Of a stretch of 64,000 nt of DNA, positions 53,501 to 62,314 are shown piece by piece. A program made the position numbers and the translations under genes. Numbering within the stretch: position 1 is the stretch's first letter; the number at the start of each line of letters is the position of its first letter. The stretch lies in the NCBI GenBank assembly GCA_964586155.1, contig CAZPHC010000008.1, positions 112,110 to 176,109 of the forward strand, read 5' to 3'. A model generated the notes under the pieces. It was not told the DNA's origin. It saw nothing but the letters and a program-made list of their open reading frames with translations, and did not search any database. Origin of the DNA: an uncultured Enterobacteriaceae bacterium (GTDB taxonomy: Bacteria > Myxococcota_A > UBA9042).

Positions 53501-56500
53501 GAGTTGTTGTCGTCGCAGCCGAAGCCCACGATGTTCTTGCAGGTGCAGCCCGTGACCTTGGTCCCGGCCTTGCAGACGCCTGCGGCGCAGACGCCGGCGT
53601 AGGTGCAGGCATCGCCGTCGTCGCAGGGCGAGGCGTCCGCGACGTGCTTGCAGCCGATCTTGGGCACGCAGGCGTCGACGGTGCAGCTGTTGCCATCGTC
53701 GCAGCCCAACACGGGCGATTGCAGCGCGACGAGCGTGTGCTTGTTGGTCCAGGTGACCCAGATCTCGCCGTTGTTGCCCTCGGTGATGCCGGCGGGGTTG
53801 GCGAGGTTGAGCGCTTGCGCCGGGCCGTTCTGGGCGCTGCCACCGCCCGCGATGAACTGCAGCCGGCCGGTGATGTCGATGCGCGAGATGAAGCCGTCGT
53901 AGCTCGCGACGAGCAGCGATCCGTCCCCGGCCACCGCGATGGCGCGGGGGTGCCGCACCGAGGCGCCCAGGCCGACGCCCTCGAGGTCGATCGGGCGGTC
54001 GTTGCCGACGACGGTGGTGACGATGCCGTCGGTGCCGATGCGGCGGATGGCGTGGTTGTAATGGTCGGCCACATAGACCGATCCGTCCGCGCCCATCGCG
54101 AGGCCCACGGGCTGCTCGAAGAGCGCGACCTCTAGCGGCCCGTCGCGCAGGCCCCAGTTCGATTGGCCGGTCAGCGTCGAGACGACGCCGGCCGCCACCT
54201 TGCGGATCCGGTGGTTGTGCCGGTCGGCCACCAAGACGCCACCCTTGCTCTCGACGAGGACGTCGTAGGGCTGGTTGAAGGTCGCGATCGCGACCGGGCC
54301 GTCGATGTACGAGACCGTGCCGGTGCCGGCGACGGTGCTGACGACGCCGGCCGCGCTGACCGCGCGGATCCGATGGTTGGCCATGTCCGCGACGACGTAG
54401 CCGCCGTCCGCGGTGAAGTCGACGCCGACTGGCTGGTTGAAGCGCGCGGCGCTCGGGCCACCATCGGCGAAGCCGACGCCACTGAAGCCGCCTGCGACCG
54501 TGACGACCTGGCCGTCGGGACGCAGCAGGCGCAACCTGCCGGCGTTGGACTCGGTCAGGGCGATCCGACCGTCCGGCGCACGCCGGATGGCTGCGGGCCA
54601 GTTGTAGCGGGCGACGTCGAGCTTGCCGTCGATGCCCCCGGCGTTGCCGCCCCAAAGCTTGGCGTTCGGGCTGGCCGCATAGCAGCTGCCGCCCTGGCAG
54701 ACGTTGAGCGCCGTGCAGGTGTCGCCGTCGCTGCAGGGCGCGCTGTTGGGCTCTGCGGTCCCCTCGCAGGCACCCGTCAGGCTGTTGCAGACGTCCTTGG
54801 TGCAGGTGTTGCCGTCGTCGCAGGTGTTCGCGGTGTGCTTGCACGAGCCGGATTGCTTGTCGCAGCTGTCGCGGGTGCAGATCTTGCCGTCGTCGCAGGT
54901 GTCGCTGCGCAGCCGGATGCGACGCAGCACGTGGTTCTCCCAATCGGCCACGACCAGCTCGCCGAAGGCGTCGAAGACCAGCCGGGCGGGGGTGTTGACC
55001 TTGGCTGCGTTGCCGATGCCATCGACGTAGCCGCTGCCGGCCGTGCCGATGATGGTCGTGACGGTGCCGTCGGGATCGATGCGACGAATGCGGTGGATGC
55101 CGCACTCGCTGATGTAGATCCGTCCGTCGGCCGCGGCCGCGACGCCGCAGGGATCGGTCAAGCGCACGGCGGCTCCCTTGCCATCGACGGCGCCAGCGAG
55201 GCCGTTGGCGCCCGCGACGGTCGTCACGGTGCCGTCCGCGAGCACGCGGCGGATGTTGTGGCGCCCGCGATCGGTGACGAGGAAGCTGCCGTCCGGGGCG
55301 CGGATCAGGCCGTAGGGCTGCGTGAAGCGCGCGGCCTCGCCCTTGGCGTCGATCGTGCCGCCGGCGCCCTGCTTGCCCGCGAACGGAGTCGTGGTGCCAT
55401 CGAGCGCGACGCGCCGCAGCAGGTTGTTGTGGCGATCGGCGACGAGGAGCGAGCCGTCGTCGAAGAGCGCGATCCCGGCGGGGTCGTAGAACTTGGCCTG
55501 CGCGCCCTTGCCCTCGGCGTAGCCCTGGACGCCGCTGCCGGCGAGCGTCGTGACCGTGCCGTCCGGGGCGACCTTGCGGATCGCGTCGAATCCGGCGTCC
55601 GAGACGTAGATCGTGCCGTCGGCGCCGTAGACCAGGCCGTTGAGCCAGCCGAAGGTCGGCGCCTTGCCATCGGTCAGCTTGTCGCCATAGAAGAAGTTGT
55701 GGTTGCCGACCACGCTGCGCACCTGGCCGTCGAGGCCCACTTCGCGGATCACGCCGGCCTGATCGTCGACGAAGCCGATCGCGCCGCTCGGGGCGAGCGC
55801 CACGCCCACCGGGCGGCGCAGCTGCGCGGTGCGCCAGTGCCCATCGCCGATCGCCGACGTGCCCGTGCCCGCGAGCGTCTCGATCTCGACGGTCGCCGGC
55901 ACCATGCTGCAGACCCCGCCGGTGCAGGTCTCGCCCTTGCTGCAGGCGTCACCGTCGTTGCAGGCGGTGCCGTCCACCTTGCCCTTGCACTGCGCCGGGT
56001 CGACGCTGCACGCGGCGGACTTCGGACCCGCGGTGCACTTGCCGGACTTGCAGGTGTCGCCGACGGTGCACGGGTCGGCGTCGAAGCAGGCGACGCCGTC
56101 GGCCGCCGCCGCGTGGCTGCAGCCGACGCCCGGCGTGCAGGTGTCGATGGTGCAGGCGTCCTTGTCGTCGCAGCCCTCGGCCGAGGCGAAGTGCTGGCAG
56201 CCGACCTGCGTGCTGCAGACGTCGTTGGTGCAGGGGACCTTGTCGTCGCAGGCGACATCGGCGGCGAGGTGGGCGCAGCCCGTGATCGGGCTGCAGGTAT
56301 CGACGGTGCAGTCGACCCCATCGTCGCAGACCACCGAGGCCGAGACCTTGTCGTCGTGCTTGCACGCGCCGGTCTTCGAGTCGCAGCTGTCGACGCTGCA
56401 CGGGTTGTTGTCGGCGCAGTCCGCCGGCTTGCCGGGGACGCATTGGCCGCCCTTGCACGCGTCGCCGACCGTGCAGCCGTCGCCGTCGCTGCAGAGGTTG

Positions 56501-58827
56501 GAGTTGGTGATGCCGACGCAGCCGCTCTGCGGGTTGCACAGGTCGGTGGTGCACGGGTTGTTGTCGTCGCAGAGGTTCGGCTTGCCCTTGGTGCAGACCT
56601 TGTTGGCGCAGATGTCGCCGAGCGTGCACTTGTCGCCGTCGTCGCAGGCGGCGGTGTTGGCTTTGTAGAGGCAGCCGAGCTGCTTGTCGCAGCTGTCGTC
56701 GGTGCAGGGGTTGCCGTCGTTGCACTTGCCGCCGCTGTCGGCCAGCGGATCGACGCAGATGCCGGCCTTGCAGACCGTGTTGACGGTGCAGGTGTCGTCG
56801 TCGTCGCAGGGCTCGTCGGTGTGCAGCGGCGTCAGCTTGCACAGGCCGGTCTTGGCCTGGCAGATCGACTGCTGGCAGTAGCCGTCGTTGACCGTGGGGC
56901 AGGTGATCACCGTGCTCGGCTTGACCTTGCAGTTCCACGGGATGGCGTCCTTGGCGCAGTAGAGCGTGCCGTTGCAGACGTCGCCGTCCTCTTGCGGCAG
57001 GCAGTCGGTGTCGCCGTGGCAGAGGCAGATGTCGCCGCCGGGCTTGCACTTGCCGTTGTTGCAGGTGTCGCCCTTGGTGCAGACCTCGCCGTCCTCGCAG
57101 ACCTCGCCCTGGTGGACGAAGGTCATGGCGCATTTGCCGGTCTTGCCCTGGCAGATGCTCTGCAGGCATTCGGTGTTGTCGACGCTGGGGCAAGAGGGGA
57201 TCGTCGCCGGGTTGACCTTGCAGCTGCCCTTGCCTTGCTCGCCCTCGGCGGTGGACTTCTCGCAGTAGAGCTGGCCGTTGCAGAGATCGCCGTCGTCCTG
57301 GGCCGCGCAGTCGGCGTTGGTCGAGCAGACGCAGGTGTTGACGTCGTCGACGACGCAGCCGCCGGCCTTGCACACGTCGTTGGGCGTGCAGGGGTTGCCG
57401 TCGGCGTTGCACGGCGTGCCGTCGAAGACGGCGGCCATCTTGCAGCCGCCGGTCTTGGGATCGCAGGTGTTCTTGCTGCAGGTCGTGTCGTCGACGGTGG
57501 GGCAGACGACGATCGTGGCCGGGTTCACGGCGCAGGAGCCGGCCTTGACGTCGCAGTACGACACGCCGTTGCACGGATCGCCGTCGTCCTTGTCGGCGCA
57601 GTCGCTGTCGACCTTGCACGGGCAGGTGTTGGTCTCGGTCGCCAGGCAGACGCCGCCCTTGCAGGTCTCGCCCGGGGTGCAGGGGTTGCCGTCGTCGCAG
57701 ACCTCGCCGTCGCTGGTGGACTTCGGCGCGCAGGTGCCGGTCTTGGGGTCGCAGGTGTTGGTGCTGCACGTCGTGTCGTCGACCGTCGGGCACTTGACGA
57801 TGGTCTGGGGGTTGAGCTGGCACTTGCCGGTGGCCTTGTTGCAGAAGAGCGTGCCGTTGCAGGCGTCGCCGTCCTCGGCCTTGGCGCAGTCGATGTCTGC
57901 TGCGCAGCAGATCTGCGTGCCGCCGCCGCACGCGCCCTTGGTGCACGTCTCGCCGGCCGAGCAGGCGTCGCCGTCGTCGCAGGGGCCGCCGTCGGCGGTG
58001 GTCTTGAGCGAGCAGGTGCCGGTCGCAGGATCGCAGAGGTTCTTCTGGCAGGGCGTGTCGCTGCTGCCGTCGCAGTTGACGATCGTCGCAGGGTTCTGGA
58101 CGCAGGCCTTGCCGCCGCTCGCCTGCACCGCGCAGTACCACGAGCCGGCGCAGAGGTTGTCCTTGCCCTTGTCCTTGCAGTCGGCGTCGGTCTCGCAGAG
58201 GCAGATGTTGATCGGGCCCTTGCAGCTGCCGTCCTTGCAGGCGTCGCCGCTGGTGCAGGCGTTGTTGTCGTCGCAGGCGCTGGGCGTCGCGGCGGTCGGC
58301 ACGCTGACGCAGGTGCCGTCCTCGCACAGGTCGTCGGTGCAGGGGTTGGTGTCGTCGCAGTCCTTGGCCGCCGTGGCGACGCATTGGCCGCCGGTGCAGG
58401 TCGAGATGGTGCTGCACGGGTCGCCGTCGTCGCAGACCGAGGCGTCCGGCATCGTCGCCGGCACGCAGCCGAGGTTGCTGTCGCAGACAAAGCGCAGGCA
58501 CGGGCCGGGCGCGTCGCCGCAGTCGCCAGGGCCTTTGCACGGCGGGTTGCGGCCGAGGATGTCGCCTGGCACGTCCGCGGGGCTGGTGTCGCTGGCCGTG
58601 GCGGTGTCGGCGGCCGTCGCGGTGTCTTGCGCCTGGACGTCGCCGCCCGTGTCGCTGGCGCCAGCGTCCGGGCCGGGCTCGACGCTGTCGTTGCCGCAGG
58701 CCGCCAGGGCCAGCAGCGACAGCGAGACGGCCAGCTGCGCCAGGCGTGCGCGTGCGCGACTGCGCTGGGGCGGGGCGTCGGTGCGCGGACGGGGGAGGAG
58801 ATCGCAGGTCGGGGGGCACGCTGACAT
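50551..58827 (-). CDS. giant (about 2758 aa) lipoprotein: Cys-rich repeat arrays, four NHL-repeat beta-propellers and a fibrinogen-like CDxxxxGGGW C-terminal domain
   Basis: ATG at 58827 gives MSACPP...LAVSLSLLALAAC. Five units of about 95 aa (C.C..D.DC....DGD.CNG..YC...NP.TI..CP) are present, plus many CDDGNPCT.D.C modules. NHL motifs occur as F.QP.G.A...DG...VAD..NH.IRR. The C-terminus reads VWIDPDPKDELPSFATGCDLTTAGGGWTRI. Confidence 0.85.
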   Translation of the reverse strand: MSACPPTCDLLPRPRTDAPPQRSRARARLAQLAVSLSLLALAACGNDSVEPGPDAGASDTGGDVQAQDTATAADTATASDTSPADVPGDILGRNPPCKGPGDCGDAPGPCLRFVCDSNLGCVPATMPDASVCDDGDPCSTISTCTGGQCVATAAKDCDDTNPCTDDLCEDGTCVSVPTAATPSACDDNNACTSGDACKDGSCKGPINICLCETDADCKDKGKDNLCAGSWYCAVQASGGKACVQNPATIVNCDGSSDTPCQKNLCDPATGTCSLKTTADGGPCDDGDACSAGETCTKGACGGGTQICCAADIDCAKAEDGDACNGTLFCNKATGKCQLNPQTIVKCPTVDDTTCSTNTCDPKTGTCAPKSTSDGEVCDDGNPCTPGETCKGGVCLATETNTCPCKVDSDCADKDDGDPCNGVSYCDVKAGSCAVNPATIVVCPTVDDTTCSKNTCDPKTGGCKMAAVFDGTPCNADGNPCTPNDVCKAGGCVVDDVNTCVCSTNADCAAQDDGDLCNGQLYCEKSTAEGEQGKGSCKVNPATIPSCPSVDNTECLQSICQGKTGKCAMTFVHQGEVCEDGEVCTKGDTCNNGKCKPGGDICLCHGDTDCLPQEDGDVCNGTLYCAKDAIPWNCKVKPSTVITCPTVNDGYCQQSICQAKTGLCKLTPLHTDEPCDDDDTCTVNTVCKAGICVDPLADSGGKCNDGNPCTDDSCDKQLGCLYKANTAACDDGDKCTLGDICANKVCTKGKPNLCDDNNPCTTDLCNPQSGCVGITNSNLCSDGDGCTVGDACKGGQCVPGKPADCADNNPCSVDSCDSKTGACKHDDKVSASVVCDDGVDCTVDTCSPITGCAHLAADVACDDKVPCTNDVCSTQVGCQHFASAEGCDDKDACTIDTCTPGVGCSHAAAADGVACFDADPCTVGDTCKSGKCTAGPKSAACSVDPAQCKGKVDGTACNDGDACSKGETCTGGVCSMVPATVEIETLAGTGTSAIGDGHWRTAQLRRPVGVALAPSGAIGFVDDQAGVIREVGLDGQVRSVVGNHNFFYGDKLTDGKAPTFGWLNGLVYGADGTIYVSDAGFDAIRKVAPDGTVTTLAGSGVQGYAEGKGAQAKFYDPAGIALFDDGSLLVADRHNNLLRRVALDGTTTPFAGKQGAGGTIDAKGEAARFTQPYGLIRAPDGSFLVTDRGRHNIRRVLADGTVTTVAGANGLAGAVDGKGAAVRLTDPCGVAAAADGRIYISECGIHRIRRIDPDGTVTTIIGTAGSGYVDGIGNAAKVNTPARLVFDAFGELVVADWENHVLRRIRLRSDTCDDGKICTRDSCDKQSGSCKHTANTCDDGNTCTKDVCNSLTGACEGTAEPNSAPCSDGDTCTALNVCQGGSCYAASPNAKLWGGNAGGIDGKLDVARYNWPAAIRRAPDGRIALTESNAGRLRLLRPDGQVVTVAGGFSGVGFADGGPSAARFNQPVGVDFTADGGYVVADMANHRIRAVSAAGVVSTVAGTGTVSYIDGPVAIATFNQPYDVLVESKGGVLVADRHNHRIRKVAAGVVSTLTGQSNWGLRDGPLEVALFEQPVGLAMGADGSVYVADHYNHAIRRIGTDGIVTTVVGNDRPIDLEGVGLGASVRHPRAIAVAGDGSLLVASYDGFISRIDITGRLQFIAGGGSAQNGPAQALNLANPAGITEGNNGEIWVTWTNKHTLVALQSPVLGCDDGNSCTVDACVPKIGCKHVADASPCDDGDACTYAGVCAAGVCKAGTKVTGCTCKNIVGFGCDDNNSCSVDTCDPQKGCAHTTKTDGDPCDDGSACTTSERCNGGSCLADPDQVVVRHGAGSEAAAFNTVNARDGTVKLAGQVAVAGFYYPTGMATDGKGKVWIADANNHTIRVMLPDGTVDTVAGGPGQASGDTNGGATEARFNRPEDIALGKQGELFVADRYNHTIRRVAADGTVTLLAGKTGAFGLVNGKGADARFREPLALTVDAEGAAFLADFANHAIRKIGADGTTTTIAGDGNIGGFDGPGSVARFHYPVDVALDKKGTLWVAEWAGGRLRKIDPAGVVSTVLADGGPEAPLTGVGSLSVRIYNMRSVLPTDAGVYFSDAQLHVVRRWDPVRNEVTMVAGGGKQMQGFGGAVALSVASGLADAGGGSVLVSVPSVHALRRITPIGSTCDDGNDCTLDICDPKVGCKHSDAGTTLCDDGNPCQEATCDPAEGVCRSKARVDGTLCGSAGECSKQCYNGQCSSVGVITTMAGGGGNGVKDGVGNEVMFASPRDIVGDNKGNFYAVDYYGAAVRKIEPDGKVTTLAGGKGPGYAEGKGGAAKFSNPTGIAVDGAGNLYVSDPNNQRIRRVDPDGNVSSIIGNGKAGAYDGDGLAATIKNPLGVAATADGIVTIADAGNHLLRRYTNGKVTTVAGTLGACGAVDGPFGANKLCNPEGLDYDTKGVLWIADADTHSVRKLDTTGLLTTVIGDAGPPLRNNVDGVGRRGGTFYRPTDVVALPDGTLLVTSTGSSAVRRVWPTQRVESIVGHLTTEGWLDGLGPQARLGNNLSLGRDAKGAVWVADAQYNRVRKVRLDLTSCGDLLGGAPGAAATSCQAFGATSKLAGLSQVWIDPDPKDELPSFATGCDLTTAGGGWTRIDSKISGEQLAKLMGPKAQFLYKCKESDTDGIVSPVYTGSWSWTKKVALAGTWTANGQAVNCGNSVDFDKLTCGWGVGCFEGDGKTLLVPGQTAVDQCAAPGQMWTKGAMSICGKDNYGSWLVYVRAVK

Positions 58828-58960
58828 CGGAGCCTCGGGCACAAGGTGGGGCGGGGGGACGCTTTGCCCCCAGCATGCCAGAGTCGTTCGTCTTGCGGTA
58901 GGACCAACGTTCGCGTACCAACCGCACGGACGCGGCGCAGACGCAGCGCGGGGGCAGGCG

Positions 58961-59647
58961 ATGGAGGCGGATTTCTGGCACGAGCGATGGCAGCAGGGGC
59001 AGATCGGCTTCCACCAGGCGGCCGTCAACGACGCCCTGCTCGGCCATTGGGCTTCGACCGTCGGCCCGGCGGCCTCGCGGCGGGTGCTCGTCCCGCTCTG
59101 CGGCAAGAGCATGGATCTGCGCTGGCTGCACAGCCAGGGGCATCGGGTGCTGGGCGTCGAGCTCTCGGCCCTGGCCTGCGACGCGTTCTTCGCCGAGCAG
59201 GGCTTGCCGGTCGAGGTGCGGCCGCTGGGGGGCGTGTGCTGGTACCAGGGCCGGGGTGTCGCAGAGGGCCTGGACCTGCTGCAGGGCGATATCTTCGGCC
59301 TCGACCTCGACGCGCTCGCGGCCGCGGGCCTCGCCCCCTGCCCGCTGCTCTACGATCGCGCCAGCCTGGTCGCCATGCCCGAGGCGATGCGCGCGCGCCT
59401 GGCCGCCCGGTTGCTGCAGCTGCTGTCGGCCGACGCGTCCGGGTTGGTCGTGACGTTCGACTACCCGCAGGACGAGCGGCCCGGGCCGCCTTTCAGCGTG
59501 CCGCCGGCCGTGCTCGCCGGGCTCTTCGCGGCCGAGGCCTCGCTCGACGTGCTGCAGAGCAACGACATGCTCGCCCACGATCACTCGGGACGCTGGACGA
59601 TGTCGTCGCTGGTCGAACACGTCTGCCGCTGGCGGCGCGGCGCCTGA
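58961..59647 (+). CDS. tpm: thiopurine S-methyltransferase family protein
   Basis: MEADFWHERWQQGQIGFHQ...VLVPLCGKSMDLRWL...GVELS...DRASLVAMP. Confidence 0.9.
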   Translation: MEADFWHERWQQGQIGFHQAAVNDALLGHWASTVGPAASRRVLVPLCGKSMDLRWLHSQGHRVLGVELSALACDAFFAEQGLPVEVRPLGGVCWYQGRGVAEGLDLLQGDIFGLDLDALAAAGLAPCPLLYDRASLVAMPEAMRARLAARLLQLLSADASGLVVTFDYPQDERPGPPFSVPPAVLAGLFAAEASLDVLQSNDMLAHDHSGRWTMSSLVEHVCRWRRGA

Positions 59648-59649
59648 TC

Positions 59650-60483
59650 GTGGTCGCACCCGCCCTCGACGCGCGCGACGGCGCGGCGGTGGCTGCGGCG
59701 TTTGGCCTGCGCCCGGGCGACCTCGCGCTCGGCGTCTTCGCCCACCCCGACGACGAGGCGTGGTCGGCGGGCGGCACGCTCGCTGCGCTGGTCGACGCTG
59801 GGGTCCGCGTGCGCGTGATCTTCGCCACCGACGGCGAGGCCGGCCTCGACGACCTGCGTCGCGGCTGGTCCAAGGCAGCGCTCGGCGCCCACCGGCGCAC
59901 CGAGGCGCGCGCGGCGGCGGTGGTGCTCGGCTGCGGCGAGCCCGTGTTCCTGGGCTTGCCGGACGGTGGTCTCGCGGCGGACGGCGCCAGCGCGGCCGGT
60001 CCGGGTGTCGCCGCGGCGCTGCGGCAGGCCTTGATCGACCAGCTCGCGGCGACGCGGCCGCAGGCATTGTTCGGCCTTGGCGACGACGGCGGCTACCCGC
60101 ATCGGGATCACGTCGCGCTGGTCGTCGCTTGCGTTGACGCCTGCGCCGCGCTCGGGTCCACCGCTCCGAGGCATTGGCAGGCCGCGTTCGCGCCCGGCAC
60201 CTTCGCGCCCCTGCTGCGCGGCCTGCGTCGGGCGGGCGCGACGTCCTTGCTCGACCCGGCCTGGCCCGCCGAGCGGCTGGGCTGGCGCGGCGGGGCCCAG
60301 CCATCGGTCAGCCTCGACATCGGCGCGCTCGCAGCCCGCAAAACCGCGGCGATCGCGGCCCACCGCAGTCAGCTGCGTGGTGGCGATCCGCTGGCGCTGC
60401 TCGGTCCTGGCGTGGTGGCGTCGTTGCTCGCGCGCGAGACCTGGGGCCGCGCGGGCGCCCCTGCGTCGCCGGCTCGTGCCTAG
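59650..60483 (+). CDS. PIG-L/LmbE family deacetylase (start GTG 59650 inferred)
   Basis: VFAHPDDEAWSAGGT...GYPHRDHVA... is in frame with track ORF 58846..60483. The first plausible start follows the tpm stop directly. Confidence 0.8.
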   Translation: MVAPALDARDGAAVAAAFGLRPGDLALGVFAHPDDEAWSAGGTLAALVDAGVRVRVIFATDGEAGLDDLRRGWSKAALGAHRRTEARAAAVVLGCGEPVFLGLPDGGLAADGASAAGPGVAAALRQALIDQLAATRPQALFGLGDDGGYPHRDHVALVVACVDACAALGSTAPRHWQAAFAPGTFAPLLRGLRRAGATSLLDPAWPAERLGWRGGAQPSVSLDIGALAARKTAAIAAHRSQLRGGDPLALLGPGVVASLLARETWGRAGAPASPARA

Positions 60484-62207
60484 GCCGCGACCTCGCGGCC
60501 GAGGCCGGCGCGCTGGCGCTGCGGCGTGACCACCGCCGCGACCGCGTGCCGGCGCAGCGAGCCGAGCGCGTCGCCGCCGAGGGCGCCGTAGCCCTGCGGC
60601 AACACGGGGGCCTGCACCGGCGCGAGCAGCGCATCTTCGGCCTCGTCGAGCGCGGCGATCACGGCGGTGCGCACGGCGTCGCCGCCGACGTCGACGGCCC
60701 AGCGCACGATGTCCCAGGCCAACTCGGCGTGGCGGCCCTCGTCGTCGGCGATCGGCTGGAGCCAGGCCTGCAGCGCCGGATGGCGCGCCTGCACGGCCTC
60801 GACCTGCGCCTGCAGCGCGGCGACCGTCTCCCAGACGCAGCCCTCGCGGGCGGCGGCGGCGGCGACCTCGACCAGGGTCGGCGCGCGCAGGCTGCCGTCG
60901 ATGGCCAACGGGCCGGGGCCGACGTCGCCCGCGCCGAGGGTCTGGGCCAGGCTGTAGCACGCCTGGGCGTGACGGACCTCGTCGATGCCGGCGGCCTGGC
61001 TGCGCGCCAGCAGCTCCGGCGGCGCGCCGATCGCGAGCAGCTCCAGCGTCAGGCGGGCGAAGCTCGCGACCGAGGCGTGCTCCATGCGCGCGGCGTCGAG
61101 CCAATGGCTGGCCAGCGCGGCGCGGCCCTTGGCGTCGAGTGCGGCGAACGCGGCCTCGAGCGTGTTCGCGCCCTCGGCCTGCCAATCCTCGCGATCGACC
61201 GGCTCGGCGCTGCGCCAGCTGCCGGCGACCTCGAAGGGGCGGCCGATCGCGCACATGTACGGCTCGCAGACGTGCTTGCCGCTCTGGGCGCCGTTCTCGA
61301 TGGCGCAGAAGGGCTTGTCGCTCGGGCAGTCCTTGGGGCCGCCGCAGAGGTCGTCGGCGGTCTGGCAGGCCAGCGCCTTGCCGCCGCAGCCGGGGTTGGT
61401 GTCGTGGGTCACGCAGTCGCCGACCGTGCAGTCGTGGCTGTCGGTGCAGGTCGCCGACATGCAGGTGCCGTAGCTGGGGCCGCAGAGGCAGACGCTGCCC
61501 GTGCCGCAGTCCGCGTCGGTCTGGCAGGTCTGCTGGCAGAAGCACCAGGGAGTACCGAGGCCCGGCAGGCAGGGGCCGTCGCCCTTGCCGACGCAGTCGT
61601 TGTCGCTCTGGCAGCCGTTGGTGCTGCCGCTGCCGACGCTGCAGGTCGAGTTCGGATCGGGGACAAAGGCCGGGCAGGCGACCACGGCGCGGCGTCGGAC
61701 CATGCCGTTGTCGCAGTTGTCGACGCCGACATCGACGCCGTTGATCACGATCGGCTTGGGGTTGACGCAGGGGAAGGGCGCGGGCGGGTTGCCGCCGGCG
61801 TCGGACGTATCCTTGATCGTCGTGTCGGTCACGGCGGTGTCGGCGCCGGCGGTGTCGGCGACCGTCGTATCTGCCACGGCGGTGTCGGCGACGGCGGTGT
61901 CAGCGACCGCGGTGTCGACCTCGGCGCTGTCGGCGACTGCGGTGTCGGTGGTCGTCGTGTCCGCCGTGTCCGCCTCGGTGGAGTCTGCCGTCGCCGTATC
62001 GGTCGCGCCCGTGTCTGCCGTGGCCGTGTCGGCGGCGGACGTGTCGGTGGCGGACGTGTCGGTGGCGGACGTGTCGCCTCCGCCGCTGGTGTCGGCGCTG
62101 GCGGTGTCAGCGGTGCCGCCGTTGGTGCCGGCTTCGGTGCCGCAGGCCGAGACGACCCAGGCGAGCGCCGCGGCGCGGAGGATGTCGTGCAGGCGATAGA
62201 GCTTCAT
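60480..62207 (-). CDS. lipoprotein with a DTAVA-type low-complexity repeat, a Cys-rich module and a C-terminal ferritin-like (di-iron motif) domain
   Basis: MKLYRLHDILRAAALAWVVSAC (lipobox). The helices MEHASVASF, DEVRHAQ, WETVAAL and DDEGRHAELAW carry E/H motifs. Confidence 0.75.
   Translation of the reverse strand: MKLYRLHDILRAAALAWVVSACGTEAGTNGGTADTASADTSGGGDTSATDTSATDTSAADTATADTGATDTATADSTEADTADTTTTDTAVADSAEVDTAVADTAVADTAVADTTVADTAGADTAVTDTTIKDTSDAGGNPPAPFPCVNPKPIVINGVDVGVDNCDNGMVRRRAVVACPAFVPDPNSTCSVGSGSTNGCQSDNDCVGKGDGPCLPGLGTPWCFCQQTCQTDADCGTGSVCLCGPSYGTCMSATCTDSHDCTVGDCVTHDTNPGCGGKALACQTADDLCGGPKDCPSDKPFCAIENGAQSGKHVCEPYMCAIGRPFEVAGSWRSAEPVDREDWQAEGANTLEAAFAALDAKGRAALASHWLDAARMEHASVASFARLTLELLAIGAPPELLARSQAAGIDEVRHAQACYSLAQTLGAGDVGPGPLAIDGSLRAPTLVEVAAAAAREGCVWETVAALQAQVEAVQARHPALQAWLQPIADDEGRHAELAWDIVRWAVDVGGDAVRTAVIAALDEAEDALLAPVQAPVLPQGYGALGGDALGSLRRHAVAAVVTPQRQRAGLGREVAA
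61820..62090. repeat. degenerate 15-nt coding repeat (GCGGTGTCGGCGACx) encoding (A/T)DT(A/S)(V/T)
   Basis: Seen directly in the sequence. It translates to ADTAVADTAVADTAVADTTVADTAGADTAVTD on the minus strand. Confidence 0.8.
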
Positions 62208-62314
62208 CGAGGACTCCCGGAGCTGGCCCCTCTATTGGCCACCGTCGTCGGGAGTATGCGGGCCGCGGCGGGCTGGGTCCAGCGCGTTGGCTGCAGCTGC
62301 GGCTGCGGGGCCGT

